63,676 nucleotides of DNA, filler included, from Octopus bimaculoides (GCF_001194135.2; 9 parts of 8 records of this genome joined end to end with filler, not necessarily neighbours in it); one strand, 5' to 3'; counted from the first letter of the whole stretch, positions 51,004-63,676 are shown. Translations and numbers: made by a program. The notes: generated from the letters alone by a model not told the origin.

Positions 51004-53012
51004 AAGGGCCTGATCAAGGCAACAAGTATTTTTGTAGCTGAAAACGTGGGTGCCGATGTCAAGAAAAAGAAACATAATAGGAGTGACAAAAGAAAAGACC
51101 CATGGTGGAAAAGAAGAATCCAGGCAGAGTTAGACGTGCTCTCGAAGGAAATCTCTGTGTTAGACTGAAAAGAGAAAGGGGAGTTTAAAAGCGAACAAAA
51201 ATACAGGGCACTGAAAAGGAAGTGTAATAGTGAAAGAAAGGGTCTGAAGTAGTAATAGAGGAATTGAAACAGCGCCTCGTTGTAAAGAAAGCAAAGATGG
51301 TAAGATACGACCAAAGTATGAAGGGTTACCACCAGAATAGGTTATTCAGAGTAGATCAGAAGAGATTCTATAAAGAAATAAATGGAGAGTGTACAGATGA
51401 AAAGTTGATACCAGATAACATTGAAAGTCAAAGGTTTTGGAGTGACATCTGGAGCAAAGACAAGGAACACAAGAAGGATGCTGAATGATTGCAAGAACTG
51501 AAACAAACAGTAGTCTGGGACCAGATGGAGTTCAAAGTGAATATTTGGTGAATGGCATGCACGAATAGCTGCGCAACTCAACCCCTTGTTAAATGCCGAC
51601 CAAGGAACACCAGAGTGGTTGACATTGGGTTGGACAGTGCTGTGCTTGAAAAACATCGAAATAGACAATACGGTAGACAATTACCGGCTGATATCCTGTT
51701 TCCACTTACGTGGACGTTATTGACTGGAATGCTCACAGAGTTAATGTACGAATATCATGAGCAGAAGGGTTGCAAGCGTAAGGGCAGAGGTACCAAGGAT
51801 CAACTCCTGATAGACAAAACTGTACTTAGAGATTTCAAGAAGAGAAAAAGTAACTTAGCCATGTCATGGATTGACGTACGATATAATCCCACATTCTTGG
51901 ATTATGGAATATATGAACCTATTTGGTATTGCATCGAATGTTGAGCGATTGCTTGGAAAAACTATGGCGAATTGAAGGACGGACCTGACAGCATACGGAA
52001 GAAGTTTAGGGATAGTAGAAATTAGGAGGGGCATCTTCCAGGGAGACTGCCTGTCCCCACTGATCTTTGTACTATGCTTGATACCACTAACACTGATTCT
52101 GAGGAAAGCAAAGGTTGGGTATGTGTTCAAAAGTCGCCCACAAAAAGTCAACCATTTGTTATTTATGGATGACCTCAAACTTTATGGTAAAGATGAAGCC
52201 CAAGTCAGTTCCCTCGTTGATACGGTGTATACCTTTAGTGCTGATATCAGAATGGAGTTCGGACAGCGAAAGTGTGGTGTGTTAGTCTTGAAGAGAGGCA
52301 AAATCAAATGTATGGACGGGTTAAAAATACCGTCGGAGGAGGTTATGAAGCAGATAGAAGAGACGGGTTATAAGTACTTGGGGATTTTGGAAATGGATAA
52401 ATTGATGGAGAAAGAAATGACAGAAAAATTTAAGGTGGAGTACTTACGCAGACTGAGACTGATCCTTAAGTCGAAATTAAATGAACAGAATAAGATCGAA
52501 GCTATCAACATCTGGGCGGTTTCACTCCTTAGATATGGCGCAGGGGTAATCGCACTCCTTAGATATGGAGCAGGGCTAATCGAACTTAACAGCTTAGACA
52601 GAAAGACAAGGAAGTTGCTAACTAGATATGGGTCACTCCACCCAAAAACTGACAGACAGACTGTATGTAGCAAGAAAAAGAGAGGTGAAGAGGATTTATT
52701 GGATGCGAACAAAGCATTGGAGCAGAAGAAAACAACATAGCATGATGTGTAAAAAAATGCCACAGAACTGCTATTATTAGAAGTAGGAAGGTCAGGCTTA
52801 GGTAGGATGAAAGATTGCAAAGATAAAGTACTATACAAGAAATTGAAAATGAATGAAACTGAAAATATGTGGATAAAGAAAATAATGAATAGACAAACAA
52901 ACAAAGAGTGGTGATCAGGATTGTGAGCAATTGTGATTTGATCCAGGTTGAGGATTTTCATGCGTTTGTGGATGAGTTACCCAATTTCTTTCCAAATTTC
53001 TTCGTTTAATAT
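51000..53012 (+). mobile_element. R4/Dong-like LINE pre-RT and RT fragment (decayed)
   Basis: QNRLFRVDQKRFY; [13 protein letters not shown]; RRGIFQGDCLSPLIF; VNHLLFMDDLKLY; YKYLGILE; DRKTRKLLT..GSLHPK. Confidence 0.9.
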
Positions 53013-53112
53013 NNNNNNNNNNNNNNNNNNNNNNNNNNNNNNNNNNNNNNNNNNNNTTAATTAATTAANNNNNNNNNNNNNNNNNNNNNNNNNNNNNNNN
53101 NNNNNNNNNNNN
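53013..53112. other. Assembly spacer N44-TTAATTAATTAA-N44
   Basis: As at 14308. Confidence 0.95.
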
Positions 53113-55314
53113 AGCCAAGTAAAAGGTGTGAGGCCTTTCAGCAGCATTTTGCCCGACTGTTCGCGACGAGTGGCGAGCGAGAACACAGAGTGGACTTCAG
53201 TGCCTACCTGCACAGCCTGCCATGACTCAACAACAGAGGCAAGGTGCTGCAAAGGTGCCAGCATGGCGGCGGAAGTGCGGGACGCGATGGCAGAATGCTC
53301 GAGGGACAAATCGCCGGGTCTGGACGGTCTGCCCTACGAGCTTTACAGTTGTATGCCAGACTTGTTTGGGGACGTCTTGACAGCAAAGCGGGAGCATCAC
53401 TGGTTTTGTGAGCCGAGGAGCTGTAACGCTGCTGATGAAAGATCCAAACAAGGGGGACGTAATAGATAACTTTAGGCCCATCACTCTGCTCAATGCAGAC
53501 TTGAAAATTTTGGCCAAGATGTTAGCCAAGAGGTTGGCGCATGTCATCGAGAAACTGGTCGACAAGGGGCAAACGTGCACCGTGCCAGTCTGGAGCATCC
53601 ATGACAACCTCCACCTGATGCGCTACATCATAGACAGGGTAGTTAAGGAACCTGGCATGGGTGAGGCCCTGATCAATTTGGATCAATCGAAAGCTTTCTA
53701 TACTTGGAGGCTGTCCTCATAGCGGCTGGTTTTGGTCCCGTCTTCCGCGGCTGGATAGCTGCCTTGTACAGAGGCGTCCATTCGGTAATTTGCATGAATG
53801 GGCATCTATCGAGACCTTTCGACATTGCACATTCGGTCCGTCAGGGATGCTCCCTCTCGTCGCTTCTGTATGTATTGACTCTCAATCCACTACTGCGGAA
53901 GCTGGCGACGCTGAGGGGCATCCCACGATAATTGGGATGCGGGACGAGTGTGTCCGCATACGCGGACGACGTCACCGTCAGTGTCTAGCCCACAGCACAT
54001 CAAGCTGGTCTGCAAGACACTGAAAGACTACGAAGCGGTAACAGGAGTGAAAATCAACCAGGAAAGGTCAGTGGGATTGCGGCTCGGCACCAGGAGAAGC
54101 AAACCCATGCCGTCAGGCAGCGCCTCCGTTGTGGGACACTGGACCAACGGTCCGGTCGAGTTGCTCAGGGTTTGGTTTGAACTGGGATGAAATAATGAGT
54201 AGGGTGGCTACTCTCGCCCGGCAATGGGCCGAGAGGAAACTGTCCCAATAAGGTCGAGCGGAGGTGGCGAACACATACATCGCGTCCGTCATCTACTACC
54301 GCCTGACCGTCGTGCTTTGTCCCGACCCTACCATCACCAAACTGGAACGAATTCTCTTCCGCTTCTTGTGGAAAGGAAGTGTTCCGATGGTCAGGCGATC
54401 CGTTTGCTGCCAACACCCGTTAAAAAGAGGGCTGGGCATGCCGTGGTTGATGATGCTGAGACTGCAACATCTCCGGCTCTACGTAGATGACGGTGAATAT
54501 GTGTGGTCGCCGTTTGTGAGGCGCGCTTTTCCACAACTGATCTTGACCGAACTGCAGTCGTGGATCAAAAAGAGGCTGAGGAAGGGCGAATGGCACCGCG
54601 AGTGTCACGTTGCTCTCGAGCAACTATGCCATCCCGGGTCGACCTTGAGCGACTGCAACACAACCAAAGCATTCTATAGGGGATCAGTGGAGGGGAGATA
54701 CGACGACGATCTCGGGGCGAACCTGGGCGTCGACGAGGAAGACCTGACCCCCACTGTTCAAGACGACTTTCAGGCCGGGACCTATGGACAACTTCCAGAG
54801 ATCCCTGGCCTGGCAGTGCTATCGGGAAGCGCTACCCGTTCAGGATAAGCTCTACAGGCATGGCTCTACAGGCATGGCTCTACAGGCATGGCTCGGGGCC
54901 GACCTGCCCGAGATGCGGACAGAGCGACGAAACTGTTCTGCATGCACTCGTACAGTGTCCAACCATTTCCGACCGGTGGGCTTATGTCGAACGACTGCTA
55001 TCGCGTGTGGGACGAGTCAGTTTATCAGCTGAGTCTATCGTGAATATTGTCGCACCCCCTTTCTTGAAACGGGAGAGAAGAGCCATGTTCATCGTACTTG
55101 TGTCTATGGCGAAAGAATGTGTATGGTGGACGAGTCTGAAAGGTCTAGAGACAAACACTTTTCTCTCTGGTGAATCTCTCATCAGCTTTTCCAAGTATCA
55201 CTTGAAGAGGAAGGTAAGAGTAGAGAGGGAAGTTCTGTCTACTGAATGCTTCAAGAAAAGATGGGTGAATGTAGCAAGGATGGCACGTGTGAATGACGGA
55301 GCCACCTTGAGCAT
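53113..55314 (+). mobile_element. Tx1/L1-clade LINE ORF2 (RT plus C-terminal CCHC finger), frameshifted
   Basis: KSPGLDGLPYELY; FRPITLLNADLKILAK; SVRQGCSLSSLLY; SAYADDVTV; FRFLWKG; CPRCGQSDETVLHALVQC. GC-rich relative to the host. Confidence 0.9.
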
Positions 55315-55414
55315 NNNNNNNNNNNNNNNNNNNNNNNNNNNNNNNNNNNNNNNNNNNNTTAATTAATTAANNNNNNNNNNNNNNNNNNNNNNNNNNNNNN
55401 NNNNNNNNNNNNNN
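55315..55414. other. Assembly spacer N44-TTAATTAATTAA-N44
   Basis: As at 14308. Confidence 0.95.
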
Positions 55415-55635
55415 AGACACCATTTCGAGCGTGGCCGTTTTCGTGCGGGTGACACGTAAAAGCACCCACTACACTCTCTGAGTGGTTGGCGTTAGGAAGG
55501 GCATCCGGCTGTAGAAACTCTGCCAAATTAGATTGGAGCCTGGTGTAGCCATCCGGTTGCACCAGTCCTCAGTCAAATCGTCCAACCCATGCTAGCATGG
55601 AAAGCGGACGTTAAACGATGATGATGATGATGATA
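55415..55635 (+). mobile_element. SINE/LINE 3' tail (aaagcacccactacactc...ggaagggcatcc family) ending in (GAT)n
   Basis: Related copies at 56340-56535 and 61920-61971. Confidence 0.75.
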
Positions 55636-55914
55636 TGTAATTTTCCAGGTGTGCAAGTCAAGTATTCCCCTCTTCAGCAAGATACCTGCTCCTCTCCCTC
55701 TATCATAGAATCACATTCCTCCATTCTATACCCCACTCAGTTGAGGGGTCTTATCTTGCAGATACTTGGCAGCCTCACAACCATACCTGTACCTATATTT
55801 TAAATCATAACAATTTTGGGTTAACTCTTCTTCCCTTTCTAAAAATTTTATGAGAATTTAAAATAAACATCCTGAATTTATACAATGATGCAGATATGTA
55901 GCAAGTGATTTCAT

Positions 55915-56077
55915 GAGGCTAGACATGAACCTGTGATTCCTTCAACCTATATTTGAACCACTGACTTTCTGGGCCTAGATTTCAAACAGTGACTTCCTGA
56001 GCCTAGATCTGAACCAGTGACTTCCTAATCCTGGATTTGAACCAGTGACTTTCTGAGCCTAGATCTGAACCAGTAAC
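55915..56077. repeat. 28-bp minisatellite, ~5-6 degenerate units (ttgaaccagtgactttctgagcctagat)
   Basis: Direct reading. Confidence 0.85.
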
Positions 56078-56339
56078 TATTTGCAGTTAAGTTTTCTATT
56101 ATTCTCCAAAGTTTTCCGTAACCAACCCATTACTCTTGTTTCATTTGTTTTTAGATTGTGTTGTTGGTGATAGCAACCATTTTGATGAATCAAATAATAA
56201 GGCAACTTGCTAAATGGGAAAGCTCTGACACTAGCAGCATAACCAGCTGCTGAAAGGACCTCTGAAAATTTGAATGTATATACATGGTTTTTATTATTTT
56301 TTTTTAAAGTCAAAAAACAATGCAAGGTTGATGGTTTTA

Positions 56340-56535
56340 CTTGGTAAGCACCTGTGCTGGTGTCATGTAAAAAGCACCCAGTACACTCTGCAAAGTGGCT
56401 GGCATTAAGAAGGGCATCCAAACAGAGAAACCATGCCAAAGCAGACAGCAGAGGTTGGTGCAGTCTTTTGCCTGGCCAGTACCTGTCAAACCATCCAACC
56501 CATGCCAGTAGGGAAAGCGGATATTAAATGATGAC
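56340..56535 (+). mobile_element. SINE/LINE 3' tail, same family as 55415
   Basis: tgtcatgtaaaaagcacccagtacactc...aagggcatcc...catccaacccatgccag..ggaaagcggatattaaatgatgac. Confidence 0.7.
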
Positions 56536-57720
56536 AGACTCCAGGTAAAACCATCAACTTTTAGGATTTTTATGAACTGCTTTGTTTTGGCTTAAAAAAA
56601 AAAACAGTAATTAAAAACATCATTTAAATATATAAGACAATGCTGCATGCTGTCTACTACTAATCTATGTTTTTTCGCAATCTGTTTTTAAAACGTATAT
56701 ACTATATTTAACACAAACCACATCAATGGTAAGATGGATAGGAGTTCAAAAAGAAATACGAAATGAAAACATTATCAGAATAACACACAATGTAATCAAA
56801 GATTTACAGAAATTACTAAACAATCTTTAACATGACATTTCAAGAGTTTAAATTCCAGAATTTATTTACTAACAATATTCTGTTTGATATCTTTTCATTG
56901 TGTCAATGATAATAGTAGCAGCCATATGACTTGGCATCTGATATGAAGACTTTTCAGTTTTTTGCAGGATAAATTATATTCAATAATACAGAAACTAAAA
57001 ATATATTTTGATAAAATAATATTGAACAGGAATTTGAGATGTGTTGTTAACAAAATTTTAATTTTTTTTCACCAAGTTCATTTTAAACCAGTGAAAGATT
57101 AAAGAGGCAGAAATTATAAGCAGTTCCGGCATTGATCTATGTTGAATGCGATGCAGAAACAAAAAGATCATTATCATTGCTGTGGGATTGTCTCTGACAC
57201 ATACAAACCCAATTATTGTCACTTACTCTGATCACCTGGATTACACTCTACAGCTATTTATCTATCTATCAGTAATATACTCATCCCAAATATACACCTG
57301 TGTTCCTTGCCCAGCTGGAGTTTGTTGCCTGCCACATTCTGTCTCTTCTACACAACACATATCAGTTTATTTTCACTGTAGCACCTCCAGACTTTTGTGT
57401 CAATGATAATGGTAGCAGTCATGCAGTTTGCAGGATTTGATGGGCTGTTTGGTCTCCAAATGTAAAATGAAGAGAGGTGGTGATACAAAGTTTGATACAT
57501 GGGTATTGAGCACAACACTAAGCCTGTAAAATCACAGTTGCAGACTTTTGCTGATGTCCCTGTCATGAAATTGAAAATCGAATTAATTTTGTTAAAAATA
57601 TTTTATTTGCTAAAAAAAAAAAAAAAATACAATTCACAATTATTCTTTTGTTTTCTTTCCAACATTTTTGAAGAATTAGTTGTAATTTGGAGGTGTAACT
57701 GGTGCCATTTTTGACTTTAT

Positions 57721-57810
57721 TTAGGACACCATCATTCTTGGAGCAATACTCATAGACATTAACTCTTGGAACAACAATTTGCAGGCATACGGCATCCTCA
57801 TCTGCGAAAT
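57721..57810 (-). CDS. POLR2B: RNA polymerase II subunit RPB2, last coding exon ([29 protein letters not shown])
   Basis: Canonical RPB2 C-terminus; acceptor ttcttcag; stop at 57721-57723; absent from the ORF track because it is under 60 aa. Confidence 0.95.
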   Translation of the reverse strand: MSQMRMPYACKLLFQELMSMSIAPRMMVS

Positions 57811-58624
57811 CTGAAGAATATTACAAAACAAAAAAAAAAAAGAAAGAAAAAAATTTAAATAACATTAAAAAAACCCCCCCTCAAAACAAACATTTAAATG
57901 AATTCTAATTTCCTATTGATTTTATTGATTTTGACAAAAGAACAAGGGTAGAGAAAATGTATCTGATCCTGAGGGACAAGCATGGTTACATGTTGAGGAG
58001 TTTGCTGTCAACTACGTGGGTTTGAGTTCAGTCCCATTTGCAGTATGCTAAGTTGAATGGGATGCATCAATAATTCTGAACTGGAATTTCCTTTTTTAGT
58101 TGGAGAAAGAAAACAAAGACCTAGAAGTAACAGTAGTTATTGTCTGTTAAAGAAGGAGGCGGGGATAATATTTAGAAATTTAAAATTTCATTAAATGAAA
58201 TTTACATGTTGACAAAGGCAGAAAATCTGATGTTTGTAAGTGGCAGGTAAGTGGGAGTTGTGGACTTATTAAACCTCATCAGCAGAACAGTCATCTTGAG
58301 TGGAATAGAATATTATGAGAGAAAAATGTTAGCAATTAGGATAATAATAATTTGTACAATTATTGAAAAATAAAAAGCCAAGGAAAATAACTAAATTGGG
58401 TCAGACATCAGTACATATTCTAGCAAAATATTGCTTATTTAATCAAACATGGAAGGACGAAACACCTAGCTGGTTTGGGCGAGATTGAATTGAGAACATA
58501 AACAAATGGCAAGAGTTATTTCATCTGATGCTCAACCGGTTCTTCCATCCATCAGATAAGTCTACAAGTACACGAGAGACAGAAAACAGAAAGCTGCAGA
58601 TATTCCAATATTCTTCGCTCTTAC

Positions 58625-58820
58625 CTGTGTTTTATTCTTGCAGCCACGACACTCAAATGTTTGGTTCCTCAGATTCGCTATACACACCAAACCACACAGG
58701 TTGCAGACATGCACTCGATATGGGTCGGATACTTCAAAGAGTCTCTCTCGCAGAAATTGTGCAGCACCATGAGCAATTTGACAATCACGCTCCATCTCAC
58801 CAAAACGCAAACCTCCATCA
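58625..58820 (-). CDS. POLR2B: RNA polymerase II subunit RPB2, penultimate exon ([13 protein letters not shown]...CNLCG...[10 protein letters not shown])
   Basis: Invariant [11 protein letters not shown] motif and clamp zinc-binding cysteines; acceptor ctaatttcag, donor CAG|GTAAGA; joins in frame to 57810. Confidence 0.97.
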
Positions 58821-59092
58821 CTGAAATTAGAATTAAGAAATAAAAAAGGTATTTTGCACAGAGATTAATCAATAAAATCATCCACCCCACCTCCCTTTCC
58901 CTACTCTGCTACCAAAATTTGAAGACTATTAAAAAAAATCTGTTTAGAAAATCATTTGAAAATTTTCTAATTGTTTGGTATTGTTATGCCAACAATCACA
59001 GAACAATAAGCCTAATGAGTCAGGTGACAAAGATTATTTTGAGGGTGGAGTTGAATTGAGTGAAAGGTACTTTTAGGGGAAACCTATCAAAT

Positions 59093-59209
59093 GAACAGTT
59101 TGGTAATCGGACAGGAAAGGGGATGAGAAATGCAATTCTGTGCTTGAGGACGTTGGTGGAAAAGTGTATAGAGAAACAAAAAGACTTGTACGCCTGTTTT
59201 ATTGACTAC
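59093..59209 (+). mobile_element. RTE-clade LINE RT fragment
   Basis: EQFGNRTGKGMRNAILCLRTLVEKCIEKQKDLYACFIDY, broken just before the expected KAFD. Confidence 0.75.
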
Positions 59210-59325
59210 TAGCAGAAATACCCGGCTTTGCCCGGGTTAAAGAGAAAAATGAAACCTAAAAACGCTGTGTAGACTACGCAACCCTCAACTGTTAGTAGCT
59301 ACGATACCATATTTCTACCTTAATA
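59208..59325 (+). mobile_element. Possible non-autonomous Helitron/Helentron-type end inserted in the RTE fragment
   Basis: actagcagaaatacccggctttgcccgggt (ACTAG start plus short subterminal palindrome). Confidence 0.45.
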
Positions 59326-59524
59326 ACTCTCCAATCCATGCCAGCATGGAACATAGACATTAAGTGGAATGCTAGAAGAAAGTTTTCAACTCATATCTAT
59401 ATAAAGTAAATACACGTAATTCAGAAACACGTTTTGTGTATTTTATTTCGTTACTAAACAAACAGGTACAGATTATAAATAATGAAAGGCCAATTTTGGT
59501 GATTCATTTGACAGAGGTAGTAGA

Positions 59525-59624
59525 NNNNNNNNNNNNNNNNNNNNNNNNNNNNNNNNNNNNNNNNNNNNTTAATTAATTAANNNNNNNNNNNNNNNNNNNN
59601 NNNNNNNNNNNNNNNNNNNNNNNN
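59525..59624. other. Assembly spacer N44-TTAATTAATTAA-N44
   Basis: As at 14308. Confidence 0.95.
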
Positions 59625-61325
59625 TTTTTTAATGAACTAAGGGAGATAAGTCAGAGAGAACAATGGCATGAATTTGCATGATATAAATTAAGACGTGATG
59701 GACTGAAGGCCACATGTAAACACTTTTAATGCAGTGAAATTTTATCAATTAAAATTTATTCATATCACTTTTTCTCTCCAGTCTTAATGCAGATTTTCTG
59801 CATTCACCACATATGTTTCAATAGCATGAAGTAATGCTTTGCAAAACTGGGGCTTTGGAAAACTTACAAAGGGATCAAAGGGGGCAGTAGGAGGGAGCAA
59901 TAGATGCATGTTTTCAGTGTTCTTAGTTTTTGTCTCATATTTAGATTGTAATCTTTTGAATACTTTTCAATGGGAAATTATCAGAAACTGTTTGTTATCG
60001 AAAGTTATAATGCTGACAATAACAACAACAACAGAAATAAACTTTGAAATGGAAATAAGTAAACAAACAAAACCAAATGCAGACTAACCTATGGCATGTA
60101 AATTACAAACCATAAACTTGAGTTCAATTGAAAACACATTGATAACGTTTCTAAAAGTATTTCCATACATGCAATAAAGNNNNNNNNNNAAAACACATTG
60201 ATAACGTTTCTAAAAGTATTTCCATACATGCAATAAAGACAGCTTCTGCACCTGCAGTGTTAGGTAATGTCCTGACTTTTAACATAAAAGAAATAATAAT
60301 GTACTGTGTTCAACTGTTTCTTAACCACAATCATCACAACAATAGCAGTAGCAACAAAAACAACAACACAATAACAAAAATAATGGACATTGAAATATGA
60401 ATCTTTTGGTCTCTTTTGCCAAGGTGTCAAGTGGTGGGGACACAGCAATGTTGGTTGTCAAGCAGTAGATTGGGAAATGCGTACAGATATACATACACAT
60501 ATACGTATATATATACATACATATATATAGAAATATATATATATATANNNNNNNNNNNNNNNNNNNNNNNNNNNNNNNNNNNNNNNNNNNNNNNNNNNNN
60601 NNNNNNNNNNNNNNNNNNNNNNNNNNNNNNNNNNNNNNNNNNNNNNNNNNNNNNNNNNNNNNNNNNNNNNNNNNNNNNNNNNNNNNNNNNNNNNNNNNNN
60701 NNNNNNNNNNNNNNNNNNNNNNNNNNNNNNNNNNNNNNNNNNNNNNNNNNNNNNNNNNNNNNNNNNNNNNNNNNNNNNNNNNNNNNNNNNNNNNNNNNNN
60801 NNNNNNNNNNNNNNNNNNNNNNNNNNNNNNNNNNNNNNNNNNNNNNNNNNNNNNNNNNNNNNNNNNNNNNNNNNNNNNNNNNNNNNNNNNNNNNNNNNNN
60901 NNNNNNNNNNNNNNNNNNNNNNNNNNNNNNNNNNNNNNNNNNNNNNNNNNNNNNNNNNNNNNNNNNNNNNNNNNNNNNNNNNNNNNNNNNNNNNNNNNNN
61001 NNNNNNNNNNNNNNNNNNNNNNNNNNNNNNNNNNNNNNNNNNNNNNNNNNNNNNNNNNNNNNNNNNNNNNNNNNNNNNNNNNNNNNNNNNNNNNNNNNNN
61101 NNNNNNNNNNNNNNNNNNNNNNNNNNNNNNNNNNNNNNNNNNNNNNNNNNNNNNNNNNNNNNNNNNNNNNNNNNNNNNNNNNNNNNNNNNNNNNNNNNNN
61201 NNNNNNNNNNNNNNNNNNNNNNNNNNNNNNNNNNNNNNNNNNNNNNNNNNNNNNNNNNNNNNNNNNNNNNNNNNNNNNNNNNNNNNNNNNNNNNNNNNNN
61301 NNNNNNNNNNNNNNNNNNNNNNNNN

Positions 61326-61971
61326 ATCTTGAGAGAAAAGTTGGGTATAAGAGGCATCAGATGTGGAGTGCAAGAGGGACGACTTCATTGGTATAGTCAT
61401 GTGATGCATCTGGACAAGGGGGTGGCTGTGAAAAGAAGTGCCAGTGTCTAACTGTGGAGGGAAACAGTGGAAGTGGTAGACCTAGGAAGTCATGGGATGA
61501 GGTGATGCAGCATGATCTGCAAACGTTGGGCCTTGCGGAAGTGAGGACAATTGTCTGAGAGCTCTGGCGATATACTGTGCATGAGAACACTCACCAGGCC
61601 AAGTGAAATCATAGTTGTGGCCATGCTGGTGTACTGTAATTGGTACCCATGCACTGAAGTCATGGATGTTGATAGTACCGTGTAATGGCACCCATGAACT
61701 GTTGTGGTCGATGCTGGTACCTTGTAGTCATGGTCATGGATGGTGCCATGCAAACTGGCAACCTGGAATCATGGAGGTTGGCAGTGCCCATATGTTATGG
61801 TCATTGCCAGTGCCATGCAAATGGCAGTTATGAATTGTATTCCTAGTCCTTGTTGGTGCCATGAAAATGGCCCCCACTCATGAATTATAGTCATCGTCAT
61901 TGCACCCATCCCAAAGGTAGGTAAAAGCACTCATTACACTCCTGGAGTGGTTGGCATTAGGAAGGGCATCC
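61326..61971 (+). mobile_element. RTE-like LINE 3' end with degenerate tandem-repeat 3' UTR
   Basis: WYSHVMHL..G..VK..CQCLTVEGNSGSGRPRKSWDEVMQHDL; then ~35-45-nt degenerate repeats and the aaagcactc...ggaagggcatcc tail. Confidence 0.75.
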
Positions 61972-62071
61972 NNNNNNNNNNNNNNNNNNNNNNNNNNNNN
62001 NNNNNNNNNNNNNNNTTAATTAATTAANNNNNNNNNNNNNNNNNNNNNNNNNNNNNNNNNNNNNNNNNNNN
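61972..62071. other. Assembly spacer N44-TTAATTAATTAA-N44
   Basis: As at 14308. Confidence 0.95.
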
Positions 62072-63287
62072 ATATATGACATACGTGTGCGAAATTGTGT
62101 TCCGTGTGTGTGTATATACACAAGTTTCCCCTATGAAAACACTCAGTCGTGACGCAAAGAAGACATCAAAGATTTGCGTGTTTTCCACAATTCTGGATAT
62201 TTTGCTGTAATTTATTTAGAAATTGTTATTAAGAAGATTTCGTTGATCAAAGTTATTGTTCGTGATGGGTGCTAAATGTCAACCAACGCTTCGATAGAAC
62301 GTTAATGTTATGTAATATAGACATCAGTTTGATAGGAAAATTATATTCTATATACTTAGAACTGCATCAGCAACAGCAGTAGCAGCATTTCAGAACGGTA
62401 GACATAATGATAGTAGAGGCAGCAACAGTAGGAAGCTTTTGTCTAAACAATGAAGAATCTTTGAGCTAAAAAACTAGTTATTAGATTATTTTGTAAACGC
62501 TGGCGCAGCATCTGCTTGGAAATATATATGCTGAGTGTCTCTGCACGCCTCTTATTAACATACAATGAAAGAAATTAAACCAGTCGTCTGGCACGAATAT
62601 GGGGTGGGGGTGAGAGTTTAAAAGGCAACAGTTTTCTGGGTTAATGAATGCAGACTGTGTGATCACTAGATTACTTGTATTTACCAGAAGTTTTTTTTTT
62701 TTCTGGAGTATAATTAGACATACTTCTACACATTTACGTCCCTGTTTGAATTGGGCAATTACCAATCAGCCTTCGACATTCTTTGTTCAAAGGGTTTTCT
62801 TGCCTAAGAATATTTCGTAGCTTTAAAAGCTTCAATTTTCACCGTTCCAAAATTAGAATCATTTCTCATTCTTATTTTATTTCTTAATCCTCATTATCCA
62901 TGACCTGTTATTGTAATACTTGTGGTTGTGTTATTTACTATTTTGTCATTTGTTTTTTAGCAGGCTTTAATACTGGTCGGTGAGAAATATATTAGTATTA
63001 ATTCCATGTTCTATTTTAAAGAATGTCGTTAAAAAAATTATTAGAAATAAGAAGCATTGTCCATTCTGCAGAAACATACGCACACACACGAAACACACAA
63101 ATACATTGGTATATGAAACGTACGCACGCTAATTTATTTACAAATCCTTAGTATATATGTGTGTGTGTGTGTATTTGAGAAAACAAGTTCAAAGGCAATT
63201 ATGTGAATATATCCCGCTCCACGCATTGTTAAACAATCAATAATAACAATAATGATAATGATAATAAAAATAACAACAAAACAACTC

Positions 63288-63634
63288 AATACCACAGATT
63301 TGCTTGTCAGTAGCTTGACCTTAACCAGTTGATTAAATCCCTTAGTGGCTGACAATATGTGCATCTCTGATCACGAGCAGAAGTAGTGGGGGAGCATCAT
63401 AGCCATGTGTTGAGAGGAATTCTTTGGGGTTTGAATACATGGATGTGTTGTTCAACATCCTTAAACAACCCTTATGCGCTGTTAATCTTGATATGAGACC
63501 ACTATGTCACGCATGTATGGTTGTAATCCATGTGCCTGATGTACCCTTATCAGACGGGTAGACATGATGAGTATACTGGACTTCATATATTTTACCCCAG
63601 TCTCAGTTTGGTGGCATGCCATGCCCTCTTACTC

Positions 63635-63676
<42 letters not shown>
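63288..63676 (+). mobile_element. Dispersed repeat family E ending in an (AAT)n tail
   Basis: Start matches the reverse complement of 3805-3905; poly-AAT tail suggests a retroposon. Confidence 0.6.

Noticed and set aside
54840-54895. 14-bp triplication (ctctacaggcatgg) in Tx1 ORF2, and a 30-bp tandem duplication at ~52523-52580 in the R4/Dong RT
   Set aside because: Local slippage duplications inside dead retroelements.
55915-56077. Possible CRISPR-like array
   Set aside because: Units are contiguous with no unique spacers and the host is a eukaryote; it is a minisatellite.
58625-58820. Extra Cys in the RPB2 clamp zinc region ([10 protein letters not shown])
   Set aside because: All canonical ligand cysteines are present; a single substitution is unremarkable without an ortholog alignment.
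60130-60240. ~50-bp direct duplication either side of a 10-N gap
   Set aside because: Same contig-overlap artefact.

Overview
AT-rich eukaryotic draft-assembly sequence, most likely an octopus/coleoid cephalopod (inferred from microsatellite load, SINE types, the LINE/mariner spectrum and a metazoan RPB2; not verified by search). About two thirds is microsatellite, SINE, decayed LINE (CR1-like, R4/Dong-like, Tx1/L1-like, RTE, Penelope-like) and Tc1/mariner remnants. Eight identical N44-TTAATTAATTAA-N44 spacers split the window into nine blocks, so adjacency between blocks is uncertain. Three host genes are visible. (1) A spliced + strand gene (344-416, 4430-4567, 6371-6518, possibly 9919-9931) encoding a ~120-aa secreted, cationic protein with 10 Cys and two tandem C-x5/6-C-x3-G-x2-W-x7-C-x4-C modules; I cannot assign it to a family and the ORF track captures only part of it. 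(2) A 1378-nt internal exon of a SOGA/MTCL-family coiled-coil gene (-). (3) The last two exons of RNA polymerase II subunit RPB2 (-). Also notable are several long inverted repeats, two of which enclose degenerate minimal hammerhead-ribozyme-like cores of the Penelope type.
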